From Basidiobolus meristosporus CBS 931.73 (taxonomy: Eukaryota > Fungi > Basidiobolomycota), in NCBI GenBank assembly GCA_002104905.1, contig MCFE01000053.1:1-64000 (forward strand): a DNA stretch of 64,000 nucleotides, in the 5' to 3' direction. The notes beneath the pieces are model-generated. The model ran no database searches. It saw only the letters and a list, made by a program, of their open reading frames with translations, and was not told the origin of the DNA. Shown here in pieces: positions 24,268 to 36,217 of the stretch. Every line of letters begins with the position of its first letter. The stretch's first letter is position 1. The position numbers and the translations under genes are program-made.

Positions 24268-24825
24268 GCATCTCACTCTCCATCTACTCTATAGATCATT
24301 TTGCATTTAAGCGATGGCCTCGGCCGTCATTTGTATTGTAACTTTTTACCGATTTACACCAGTTCCTCACATCTATAAAGCTTCTATCATCCACTGTACC
24401 ATTGGAGATTAGTCAACACAATAAATCTGGGCAACCCGAAAACCAACCCTTTTGTGGCTTCTGTACGTCTGTTACCTCGAATGGTCATTGCCATATTCAG
24501 CCTCCTATTCGTATTCGTATTCATATCCATATTCATGTTCATATCCACCTCCACCTCCCCCCAATTTCAATCACCATTTAGAGTGGATTTGTGTAGCGGT
24601 GGGGGATGCACTGTCCCTCCTACGCTGTGCATTTGGTAACGGTATCACTGGTTGGGATTTCTTTTTGCGGCTTTTATTTATATTACCAACCTCGCGTTGC
24701 TAGGTTGGGTGTAGGCTTGTAGATTTGGCATCTAAATTTTGATACAGTGGACAGTTCATGGGGATGCGGTGCCGGCGGCGGGATCCTCGGTTAGGCCATC
24801 TAAAAAACCGTCATCAGTGGGCTGT

Positions 24826-27480
24826 TCATTCAGTTGACTTTCGGTCCGACTTACCATTCGACTGCTCGTTGGGTGTGTAGGGTGCCATGGGCGGTTGGTC
24901 CATGGGTGAGCGCTGTGGGACTATCATTGGTGGTCCGGCAACGTGTGGCATCATTTCAGTGGGATAACGGACCATCATGGGGCCCTGTGGTCCAGGATAG
25001 GCGTACATCTGTGGTGGCATGGCTGGAACCATCGGGCCTCTTCCCTGTGGGGGATAGTTGCCAGGTGGAGCGAAGTGTTGTCCCTCTGCAGGTGGGGCCT
25101 GCCCTTTTGGATACATCCTAGGAGCTGAGACTGGGGTCATTTGGGGACTGTAAACAGCAGAGGGTGGCCCAGCTGGATGTGGCATCGAGGCGGTAAATGG
25201 CATATTTGGTACAAATGGCGCGGGTGGCATATACGGCATAGGAGGCTGTTGCATTCCCATCGCTGGCATACCGGGGAATTGGGCAGGATATCTGTAAGCC
25301 ACATAGGGTAGGTACGCTTGGTTCATTCCATTTTGACCGTACATATCCTCATCGTAGATGACGGTGTGTGAAAACTGGTGGCGGAACGACTTCTGTCCGA
25401 ATGGCCAGGTGGGCGCGATTGTCGAAGGGTCCTCGGACTTCTCTTCCGAGTCGGCTTTCTTTAGCATCCCTTTGACTGAGGCATGCCCCCTCTTCAGGTT
25501 CTTATTGGCGAAGAAAGGTGAGGAGGCTGCGTTCGCGGTGGCCTTTTTATCAGAATTTTGGTGGGATGCTGGTACGAAAGGCGCTGCAGAAGGGTTGGGC
25601 TTGAACTCGGTGGCCTTCACATTGAACTTGAATGTAGTGCTAGGTTTGGTTGGTGCAGTGGAGGCGGGAGTAGTGGCAGTAGCAGTAGCAGTGGTAGAGG
25701 CTGGCTCGGTTGCTTGTTTGCTATTCTTATCACTAGGCTTCGTGTCGCCACTGGCAGCGGCAGGCTTTGGATTAGCCTCTTTCTCGGCAACAGGTTTTGA
25801 AGCAGGGGCGCTTTCGGGGGATTTTGTGGCACCTTTCTTAGGTTTCGCAACCTCCTTCTCCACTGCTTTGGGTTCGATCTCCGGGCTCGCCGGCTTCTCT
25901 TTCTCCTTCTCCTTGTCTTTGCCAAGGATAGGGATGAGGTCGGCTGGAACTGGTGTCTTCAGCTTGAAGCTCTGACTGAACTTGATCAACTCAGCAACGC
26001 GACCATCCTTTTCCATTTTCAAATAAGCCTGTCTTGTTTGTTGCAAACGCTCTTTCTCATGATTGACAAAGCTACGGAATGTACCCACAATTTCCGCTTC
26101 AATGGGCTTGGCAGCACCCGCCTCGCTGGAGGTTTTCTTGGAGGATTTTGAGTTAAGGAGGCTGGCAATAGGCTCGGCAATCTTGGTGGTCTGACTATTA
26201 GCTGCCTTGGTGCTATTAGCCGTTGGTGCAGTGGGTGTAGCACCGCCAGTTGCCGACTCTTTTGGAGCTTCCGCTTGCTTGACCTTGCTCTTCGGGTCGG
26301 TTTCAGCAGGTAAGCTTGGTTGCTTCGATTCCACATTGGCTGGTGCGTTCTCCGCGCTTTGGTTGGATGCAGTTCGAGGGCGCATCGCAGGTGGGGTGTA
26401 TTTTCCTTGACGGTCACCACCTCTCAAGCTACTGGTACGAACAACGGAGCTATACTTATCTTCCTCGTCCATTTGGCTATCGTCGATTGACTGGCCACGT
26501 TCTTCCGCAACATGTGGGTTCATGGATGACATCTAGAGGGGTGGGGTTAGCGACCTGGCTTTCGCAAATCATGCATGGTACATACCCTAGCAATTTCATT
26601 TGCGATTCGGATTGCTTGCTTTTCCCTCTCCTTAAAGTTGGCACTGTTACGGTCCAACTTGGTGGTGTAGATCTCCTCATCAAAGTCGGTTTTCAGGCCA
26701 AAGAGATGCTCATTTGCAGCAAATTGATCCCACTCAATATCCTCACCGGCCTCCAACTCTGTAAACGATGCATAGTCAAGGTACTGAACGACTGAAAGTA
26801 ACAATAAGATGTGGATCTAGAACCCGATCAAAAAGGATATTCTAAAGTATGGAAATCCCCGTGGTCGTCTGCGTTCCACTTGTGCAATTCACGCTCCCTG
26901 ACCGAGCCAGTGTGCCCACTAATGTTGGTATCGGTCTTGAATGCTGCGCAAGTCGACGAGATCAGTAACTGCTTCGGTATAAAAGAGATGTTCTTCAACC
27001 ATCTTACTATCTTTTTCGGGCCCTTTCTCGGAGATAGAGAAGTCGACCCCAACCGCATTCATTTCCACAAAGTCCTTGGCCAAGATGATGAGGGTAGGAA
27101 TGACTTCAGCAGATGCTTCAGTCTTCTCCTCGGAGGCTGCTTTGACGATACGCGCAAATTTCAAGACCACCCCTAATTCGCCTTCTGTGCAGGCGGCATG
27201 GAAAAGTCCCTCATACTTGGCACCGCTTTTGACGGTAACCTGAACATTCAATCCCTACAAGTTCGACCAAAAGGTTAGCAAGGCAGTGGATAAAATCGGG
27301 GGGACGTTTGAAGCGTACCACTAAGTGAATAAGGAGGTACAGCATACGATCATGCATATGTCTGGCAAAAGAATCGTTTTTCACTTCAACCGAAGGGGTC
27401 ATCGGTGCAGCAGCGGGTGCTGGTGCGTGAGAAGGGTTTTGATGTACACCCCATGGCTTTGGACCTCCACCACGAGGCAT
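24826..27480 (-). CDS. PBP1: Ataxin-2/Pbp1 (LSm, LsmAD, PAM2; multi-exon)
   Basis: VTVKSGAKYEGLF (LSm), WDQFAANEHLFGLKTDFDEEIYTTKLD (LsmAD), FNVKATEFKPNPSAAPFVP (PAM2), P/M/Q-rich tail. Confidence 0.92.
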
Positions 27481-28475
27481 AGTATTGGAATACTGACCCC
27501 ATTTGCCTCTACCACCCCTAAGCAGATGGGTTAATACCGGTTTGAAAAGGGATACGCAGCATCACGGATGGTTGAGTGCAATTACAAAAGTTTCGCCAAA
27601 ACAATACCTTTGAGCAGCTGGCTGGAAAGGGAAATCTTGTCTTCGGTTCTTCTGTTGTCTACCACTCACGGAGGACATGTTTCAAGGAAGGATATAAAAA
27701 CGCAAATAAGGTTACAAGGGAAGAGATAAAAAGTTACGGTTCCGAAATAAATGCTAGGTTCTCGTCAGTATTACACGAAGATCAGAACAACCAGGCAGTA
27801 AGAGGAGAAGTTATGTACTGTTGACTTAGAGGCGAATGGTCGGTTCAAGGAGGTACAAAGTAACAAAAGATAGGGTCACTTCAACAAAGATTCAACTCGT
27901 CGGATAATACCGTTGATGTGAAGGACGTTCAATAGAATATCGGATCGTAATTAATCCGTGTACCGCTACGTTAGCGAAATAGATATTTGCCTCAGGTTCA
28001 CCCTTAAAGGTATATGTTTGAAGGGAGATTGGTGTGGCACCTTTTAGAAAAATCGAATCAAGGAGGATTCCCAAATCTGACCCTGTTTTTGCAGCATTTC
28101 TGAAGTTTGCCCATAGTCCACGTCGCTCCATCTCGAGACAAATCCCGCATCGATTTAACGGACCTTCAATTCCCATCACTATATCTACACTCATTATTAT
28201 GTTCAATAGTTGTTCTTCTAGACCAACAAATAAACAAGTACCTAGGCGCTCTTGATTGGTCGATGGTGCTATCTACGTTATATAATTCGAATAACCTAAT
28301 TCTACCAATGGGATGCAAATTTCCTGTTTTATTTCATGATCAGCTACGATAACAACCGAGCGCTTCTGTTACCTGAACAGTGCCTGACCATGCTGAGGCA
28401 AGGATGCTGCTCCTTCAATCTTTCCCTTGACTCGCTCGCCTGGCCTCTGATGTGCTTTCATACATTTTACTGTGC

Positions 28476-30613
28476 TTACTCGTCATGCGCTAGCCCATTG
28501 ACGCTGGCTAGCCTTTCGCTAGCTCGGGATTCTTCTGCCAAAGAACGATTGATATTCCAGAGCCGTACTGTGCGATCGTCGGAGCAAGAAGCCAACTAGC
28601 ATACAAGCCAATCAAAATTAGTTCCTGTCATACTGATTCCATCGTTTGCCAAAGTCACTTTACATGCTCAATTGCGTTTTTGTACCATGCTACGCTGGTG
28701 ACTTCATTCTCATGGGCTTTCAATATCAGCGGTGGCTTCGTTGGCGAGTCTATCTCCCAAACATAGAGATTCTTGTCACTAGAGCCACTGGCCAAAAACT
28801 TGGCGTCTGGGCTTAATGCGATTTTGACGTAGAAGGTTGAGCACTTGTACGTTGGTGCGCTAAAGGTTAGCATAGGGCTGCCAAGGCTGGTGGTGGAGTA
28901 CATGGATATCCTGGGTTCAAGCTCATGATTAGTTTTCTGTATTGGAGATTGGATAGTTGACTGTAACCTACTGATTATTCGTGCTAGCAGCGAAGAGCCG
29001 ATTCCCTGAGGGGTCCAAAGCTAATGAGGAGATGCCTTGGATGGGAAGGCAGGGTTAATGGAGCCGATTGACGGTGAAGTAGGGAGGGGTGCTAACCATG
29101 GGCTCGCTTGGCGGGTCCTTTGTGGAGCGATGTCGCGATGGGGAGTGTGTACGGTTTCAAAGAATGTGATCCATGCTTACGGGTGTCCCATATCTTTACT
29201 AATCTATTTCGGGAATCAGGTCTGCGTTCATCATGGCGTAGTCCAAGAATTGTGCTTACCCATCAGCCGCGCCCGCGGAGCTTAGCAATGTTGGTGAATG
29301 AGTAAGAAATTGAACAGCAGTGACGCTGTGGGATACATCGCCCTAATCAAGTGTTGGTTAGCAAAATGAGGCTAGATCGTCAATGACCGAGACCCTGCGT
29401 ATTTCCGAAAAAGTAATACCGTTGTATTGGTTCCAGTCTTTCTGCGCTTCGGTGACGGTGGAACGAGATTTAAGGAGTGGGCATGCTTAATAATATCGGC
29501 TGGGCGGTGTCTGTACTCTATTAATAGAAATCAGCTAGCGTTGATATGGTTTTTTCTGGTTGCGCGACTTACCACCATTGTTCGAGAGAGAGCCTGAGCA
29601 TCGAGTATCCCATATCATGATGCTTCCGTCACGAGAGGCTGTCGCAAAGATGTCTGGCTTGATGATTAGGTGCTGTTTGCGGCAAAGTCTTTTGTCCAAA
29701 GGGTTCTTACGGTTGTCATATGGATAGATCGTTGCTGATTTTACACTACTTTTGTGCCCACAAAACTTCCCAATAGACTTGCGTGTCTCTACATCCCATA
29801 GACCAGCAGTCTGATCACCTGAAACAGTTATCTAGTGGTGGGTTAAGCAGGTGGGCTTGAATTATTTACCCCTATGTAACTTACCACTCGTTTATCATCA
29901 TGAGTCCATTGGACATCAAATACTGCATTGTTGTGAGCTTGCCAGCTGACCCTGGCGCTTTCTATCTAGACTCTTGAGCAAACATATCACTGATAATGTA
30001 TGGAATATAAACGCAATTACCGTTCTCAATGGAGCTATCTAAAGAGGTATCCAGTATATTGACCCTCCCTTCTTCGTCAGCTACAGCGAGTAGTCGCCCG
30101 TTTGTTTCAACTAAGAAAACAGAGAAAGATTTGAATCGATGAAGTAAATAGATGAAGTAGCTCCGGAACATACGGTTGTTAAAACTGCATCCAAAAGGGG
30201 GCGCAGCACTGTTGTTGTCTGACATGAATCTATATACATCTTTCTCTGTGCTAACAAAATCTTTGATATAAAAGCGCTGCGACACTAGAGATTTTGACTT
30301 AGTCGACAGATTGTATATATCAGAAGGTGCAGTGGAGTGTACCCTGTGGCATGTGATCGAAAGAGCGTCCCAGTATTTGTCTATGAAATAACGCGGAAGT
30401 GGGAGCCATGATCGACCTTGGCGTGTATTTAGGTTTGATGCGTGTATCTATAAGGGGTGTCAGGGAAAAGGAGGAATCGGACGAGGTGGAGGAGCTTGAA
30501 GATAAACAAGAGGAGGGTCGCTTATTAGAGGAATGAGAGAAAGTAAAGGGGCTCGTTAGACACGAGCGAATTTGTATCGGTTGACGAGACTTTCTCTTTC
30601 TTGGAAGCGACAT
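28476..30613 (-). CDS. CDT2: WD40 protein DTL/Cdt2 (multi-exon; both ends approximate)
   Basis: PPFGCSF, LAVADEEGRVNILDT, AHNNAVFDVQW, SGDQTAGLWDV, ASRDGSIMIWD, TFYVKIALSPDAKFLASGSSD, LASCSDDRTVRLW. Confidence 0.85.
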
Positions 30614-30878
30614 TTCCAAGTTACAATAAACGGAAGAATCAACTACCAGAGTAAACAATAATTCGGTTGCTCTACTAATACAATACAAGAGCCACAAATG
30701 AATACACCATTGATTGGTCTTGAGCTTGGGATCCATATTCCTGGAGTATGGACCAATCACATAAGCTCAATGTTGTTTGGTTTACACATCAAAATCAACA
30801 CTTGGCAGTTATCCTCAGAAATAGATGATAATAAAGATATGCATGGTTTATATAAATAAATCAAATACAATCAGTTGC

Positions 30879-31429
30879 CTATATGCTAGTCAGGACTGCA
30901 TCTGTGAAGTAGTAATATTGGATGTACCGGAAGCCTTGGATCAATTGTGCAATCTCATTGGTCATGTGACAGGCAAACAAGAGATAGTTAATGGGCCTTA
31001 CTGCCAAGGCAAACCTCATGAACAGAAGCGAATAAAGACACAAAGCTGACAAATATCTGAGTGCACTGTGCATGTGTCCATGTATGGGAGCAGGACTTAC
31101 CAAACGTCATTTTTCCTGATATCAGGTCTGGTGCTTTTCCGATGTCTATGATTCCTGAGATAGGAATCAGCCAGTTGGCTGCAGGACCCCAAAAATGCTA
31201 AGAACGAAAGCGTCTTATTAGAGGTGATGCAAGGCAAGAGAACAAGAGCTATGTTCTTACGGTGCTATATGTGTTGGGTTGGGTTCAAATAAGAGAAGGC
31301 AAACAAACGTCAAGAAGGGAAGTCAACACTACATTCTCGTGAACATGAGGCTTGCCTGCAAAGGTATTTTCGGAATTCCCGACTCCGAATGCGTTGCAGT
31401 AGAGATTGCTCTTCAAATGGGTTGTTCAT
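30879..31429 (-). CDS. MPC1: Mitochondrial pyruvate carrier subunit 1 (4 exons including a 4-nt micro-exon)
   Basis: Exons 31429-31356, 31264-31261, 31197-31101, 31045-30879 give [18 protein letters not shown]...[48 protein letters not shown]. Confidence 0.93.
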
Positions 31430-31547
31430 GAGTTTACAGAAGAAAGACGAGCAATAATGTTCCGCCCCAATAGATGAGATTATATATCATGATTAGAATC
31501 GGTGTTTGACAGTAACTAAAACATAGTTACGGGCGGTTTATTAACAA

Positions 31548-32606
31548 TCATTGATCATCAGGCATGGGTTCTGCATCCTCCTTCTGACACATATATTTGT
31601 AGCGAATGAGGGCTTGGACATTACTTCTGGTCGTCAATTCTCGTGATATTTGTGTCCAGTTGTTGCCATACTTTTTCACCAATTTCAATAATTGCTCATT
31701 CTCTTCACGAGTCCAGCGGCCTTTGTTGATCTTCCGGCCTAAATGCGAATCGTATCTTAATTGCAGCTGTACAGTTGTTCTTCCGGGGATCGACTCGGCA
31801 ATCTTTGTCCAATTTCTTCCATATTCCTCGCATCCTTTCATTAGCAATTCATCTTCCTTGGCTGTCCATACATCCCGTTTGATTTTTGGCGCCAAAAATT
31901 TATCATAACGAAGCAATGCATGTTTGCTGGATCTTCCTGGGATATTTTGGACAATTCTTGACCAGTCGCGCCCATATTCTTCCACTCCCTGGATTAATGC
32001 AAGATCCTCCTCCTCTGTCCATCGACCAGTTTTCACGTCAGGTTTGAATCTGGCTTGCCAGCGAGAGTAACAACTAGAAGAAGACCGATGGAGAATCTCT
32101 GAAATGACCTTCCATCTGCCGCTGTAGTGTTCTGTTGCGGTCAATAGTCTCAAGCTCTCGTCCTCTTCCCGCGTCCACGGGCCCCGTTTGAAATTCCCCG
32201 TTAAATTTAAATACATTTGATAGCAAGCATTTGGGCTTCTATCAGGGAAATGTTTGGAAGCGATCTGACTCCAGCATCGTCTGTACTTTTTTGCCGCCTC
32301 TAAAAGCACTTCATGCTCCTCTTCGGTCCACTTGTGAAGAACACGTTTCTCTTGAGAGTGATTGTTTCTACGAACACGCGCTCCCTCAAGGTTTCGTGTG
32401 GCTCCTTGAGTAGCTCGGTGCACCCCACTTCCAGAGTAACGTTTCTGGCAACTGAGGGTGGCTTTTAAACAATGGAAGTGAATTCTAATAAAGAAAGGTT
32501 CTACATATGTCAGAAGGAAAAATTTCAGCCGACTTCGCAACCTAGTCAAGTATATATAGTGAATTCCCAAGAAGCAACTTACGCGTGGTGAAAACAGCTT
32601 TAACAT
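31548..32606 (-). CDS. Protein with five tandem Myb/SANT repeats
   Basis: Five WT-x2-E(E/D/N)-...-W-x2-I(A/S/V)-...-R units (KWTEEE, PWTREED, RWTEEED, VWTAKED, RWTREEN). True start uncertain. Confidence 0.88.
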   Translation of the reverse strand: MLKLFSPRVSCFLGIHYIYLTRLRSRLKFFLLTYVEPFFIRIHFHCLKATLSCQKRYSGSGVHRATQGATRNLEGARVRRNNHSQEKRVLHKWTEEEHEVLLEAAKKYRRCWSQIASKHFPDRSPNACYQMYLNLTGNFKRGPWTREEDESLRLLTATEHYSGRWKVISEILHRSSSSCYSRWQARFKPDVKTGRWTEEEDLALIQGVEEYGRDWSRIVQNIPGRSSKHALLRYDKFLAPKIKRDVWTAKEDELLMKGCEEYGRNWTKIAESIPGRTTVQLQLRYDSHLGRKINKGRWTREENEQLLKLVKKYGNNWTQISRELTTRSNVQALIRYKYMCQKEDAEPMPDDQ

Positions 32607-32742
32607 AACAAAAAGTCTGGTTCAGTTTTAGCACGGCAATAATATAAAGGAAAATAGAGCATGTTTGATTGGTCAGATGCTTTTGACCATGGAAAATATT
32701 TATGATTCAATAGTTTATGGGGAGTGCACATGTCAAGCTGAT

Positions 32743-33000
32743 TCAGTTGAGGCGTTCGATGCCATTTCGAACATTGTTGGGTCGGGATGCTCCACCCTGA
32801 TCGGTTCGCTCGGCAGTCGTGAAACTTCCGTTACCTTGGCCACCACCGCCGTTGGTGGGCTGTTGTGCACCAAAGTTGAAAGCGTCTGGACTAGATCGCT
32901 TCATTGGAAGTGGTGCAGCATGAATCATGAAGACTTCGATGAGTGTGGTCATAAGAAAGAGGTTCATAGTCAGGTTGCGAATGAGGCGTGAGAAATTCAT
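32743..33000 (-). CDS. Small putative secreted protein with dibasic site
   Basis: Hydrophobic MNLFLMTTLIEVFMIHA (second ATG ~32967), APLPMKR, then a 50-aa G/N/S-rich segment. No homology recognised. Confidence 0.55.
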   Translation of the reverse strand: MNFSRLIRNLTMNLFLMTTLIEVFMIHAAPLPMKRSSPDAFNFGAQQPTNGGGGQGNGSFTTAERTDQGGASRPNNVRNGIERLN

Positions 33001-33354
33001 TTCAGAAGACAGACGGCAAATACCAGTTCAGGCTCTTTCCCCGTTTTTAAGGCAATGTCCACTCTGTAGGCAGAAGCGATGATTTAGGGATTGACTGCAA
33101 CAGACTGCAGTGTACATTTTCTCTATCGCCCATGAAAAGGCCGCTACGGCTTCAGATCCAGCATGTTTGGCTATATATGGATAGACCCCTGAAGAATGGG
33201 GTTAGATCAACACGTTCAGCGAGGAGGGGCGGCGAATGCAGTAAGTTTAATAATAAAGTATAATATAAAACTCTACGGATTCAATAATTAAGCAAGAACT
33301 TAGGGGTATATGGGTGCAGGTGAAGCTATTCGAAGAATGTTGTTCAGAGAACAT

Positions 33355-34352
33355 TTAAAATAATGTAAATACGTGACTAAACGTTTGTGCTTGGCTCGAA
33401 GGAGAAAGTACTGAGCGATTAGACCAGGTGGTAGGCTTGGGTTCGACAGGGGCCTTGTGCTCGATCACTTCAATGCTTTCTTCGGTGTAGTGGACGTCTC
33501 CCTCTGTCTCTTTACCCAGCTTGGCCCGAAGTTCATGTAGGTAATATATGACAATGTAGATAATCAGAAATATCGCCAAGACCAAAGAATATCTTACTAC
33601 GAGTGTGTTGTATTCACTGACGGTCATATATGTTGAAAGACCGGTTCTAAAAGTAAAATTCAAATTAGCCATTGACGCACATCAAATCCAAGATAACCTT
33701 GCTTACGAAGCATAATACACCCAGGCCAAGCAAAAATACAGCACCACGATAAGTATGAAAAAGGGAAGGTGAACCCAGTTCAAGCGCATTTTGTTGAGAC
33801 TTAATTCGGTAAGTGTTAGGGCAGCATTCCCACCATGAAGAGATACGTCCAGCCAGAGCTGATAGGTGCCTGCATACTCAAAATCCGATCGCAAAGCATC
33901 TGTCCAGTAGATAATAGGAATCACAACGTGGAAGACTTGTGTTGTGGTGTACAGAAAAGCATAGCTAAACCGGGCACTTGAAGATTCTTCCAATAAGGAG
34001 TTGTGGAATTGGTCGCTCTGATTCTTCACATGCTGGTATGATAGACCAAAGGAAATCTACGAAAAGGATGCTCAGCAACGGTAATACACGATCTGAAGCG
34101 CAAATTTCTCATTACCATCTGGTAGGTCATGAGCCCAATGTATGCCAGGCAGGTGAATTGCGTGAAGAACTGAAGTAAGGCATCACGGTAGCTGATCATG
34201 TTACACAAATACACAACTAGAGTATATACCATGGCAAATCCACGAAAAAAGGCCAACACTTTGGGTGATACGAAGTACGAAGTCACCAGATTAGATAAAT
34301 CCAATCGCTGTCCAACCGAGGCAACTGGCTCAATATTTGTGTTTATGTTCAT
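33355..34352 (-). CDS. Multi-pass membrane protein, FAR-17a/AIG1-like (3 exons)
   Basis: Three ORF pieces with TM segments and motifs QFFTQFTCLAY, VIPIIYW, SLHGGNAALTLTE, joined by GT-AG introns. Confidence 0.65.
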
Positions 34353-34821
34353 TGGAAGATTAGACGTGCAACTATATCATTAACACGAAGGAGCCTGCGC
34401 TTTATAAATCGAGTGGAGGCTCTCCAAGCGACATAAACCTCCGAGAACACATGGTTCTGGAAACAATAGGGAGTGCAAGATAATGGTATTCAGCAATTGC
34501 ATGTCGAAAAAGGGGTAGAGTGAATACAACAAGAATTAGAGTTTACAATGGATAACTTTACTGCCTCTCTACAGACATCCATAATCGATTTTATTCTCGG
34601 GTTGCAGGCTTTGCTGATCTTTGTCTAGGAGGGCACATTGGCGATCCTACAGGTTATCAATAATCATAATTAGGTGATGGTGGCTTCTGATTTAATAGTT
34701 AGGGTTAGGTTAGTGATCAGCTTACTATGGCAGTGTGGGAAAGCGTATTATCGTCATCAAGACTCGTGACGTTTTGCAAGTGGTATATCAAGTAGCCTCG
34801 GCCGTGCATTGCAAGGCAAAC

Positions 34822-36032
34822 ATGGTTGAAGACACTTTTGCGTTAGTTATTCATGGCGGCGCGGGCACTATACTGAGGGAACACCTCACCCCGGAGATGT
34901 ACGAAAAGTACATTGCCGGTTTGAAAGACTCCTTGTTAAGAGGATACGAAATATTAAAAGCCGGCGGCAGTGCTTTAGATGCTGTTGAGGCGGCAGTCAA
35001 TTCAATGGAAGGTACGACTTGGGCAATTTTTGTAAGCTTTACACTGATTACTTGTCATTCATTCTCTTGCCAGACAACTATCTGTTTAATGCAGGAAAGG
35101 GAGCAGTTTTTACCAAGGGAGGAAAGGTACATAGAGATAGAACACTTTCTATCAAGTTTTTAAAGTAACAGCTACATAGAACGAGCTTGAAGCCTCGATT
35201 ATGGATGGGTCTAGTTTGAAGGCCGGGGCATGTACACTGTTGAAAACTGTCAAAAATCCCATTAGCCTGGCACGCCAAGTAATGATACAATCACCGCATA
35301 ATTTCATCGGTGGGGAAGAAGCCGAGAAACTCGCTCAAAGGAGTGGCCTCGAGATAGTTGATCCAAAGTATTTCTTCACTGAACACAGATGGAGACAACA
35401 CTTGAGTGGTTTGCAGTCCCCAGGTACTGAGAAACTTTATCTGAGTGAGATGATCCTACTTATCACAGATGTATGTGTGGATATTTACAGGAAACGAACC
35501 CCCAGCGCCAGCACCTAAAGGGACTGTGGGAGCAGTGGCCCTAGACAAGTCCGGCAACATTGCAACAGCAACCTCAACCGGTGGAAAGACCAACAAGTGG
35601 GACGGGCGTATAGGTGATACACCAATGATTGGGGCAGGTACCTACGCTGATAACGAAACATGCGGTGTCAGCGGAACAGGTGATGGAGAGGTAAATGCCC
35701 CGTAAATTGGGATGTCTTCTAAGCGCTCATACTGTTTCAGTATTTCATTCGTCACTCGGTAGCCTACAATGTTTGTGCAAGGATGAAGCACCTAGGAGAG
35801 CCTGTTGACACAGCCGCTCAGAACGTGGTTGAAGAACTGAGAAAAGTGAAAGGATCAGGCGGAGTTGTCGCCCTAGATAGCAAGGGAAACGGTGAGTATG
35901 TCTATGTGACATTCTTCCAATGCAACCCCCTAATGGATCTATTTAGTTGCCATGCCCTTCAATAGTAGTGGGATGTATAGAGGTTACATCAAGAGCGATG
36001 GTGTTGCACACACCTTTATCTTTAACGAATAA
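34822..36032 (+). CDS. Isoaspartyl peptidase / L-asparaginase (Ntn hydrolase, 6 exons)
   Basis: [44 protein letters not shown], nucleophile [48 protein letters not shown]. Confidence 0.94.
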
Positions 36033-36217
36033 ATAAACTCTCCGTTCATGCTATCTACGTTATCATTCGCGTTGACTGCTCAATCTTGACCCTTAATTGT
36101 CGATCGTCCAATTGGAAATCCAAGCGATTTGGCTCTTCCGCATAATTGAAAACAAATTCTTTTGCTTGGCCGTAGGCTGACTCCTGAATACTCCTTCCCC
36201 ATCTTTCCGCGAGAGTG

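Noticed and set aside
27576-28352. Short ORFs between PBP1 and CDT2
   Set aside because: No motifs, overlapping on both strands; most simply promoter and 3' UTR.
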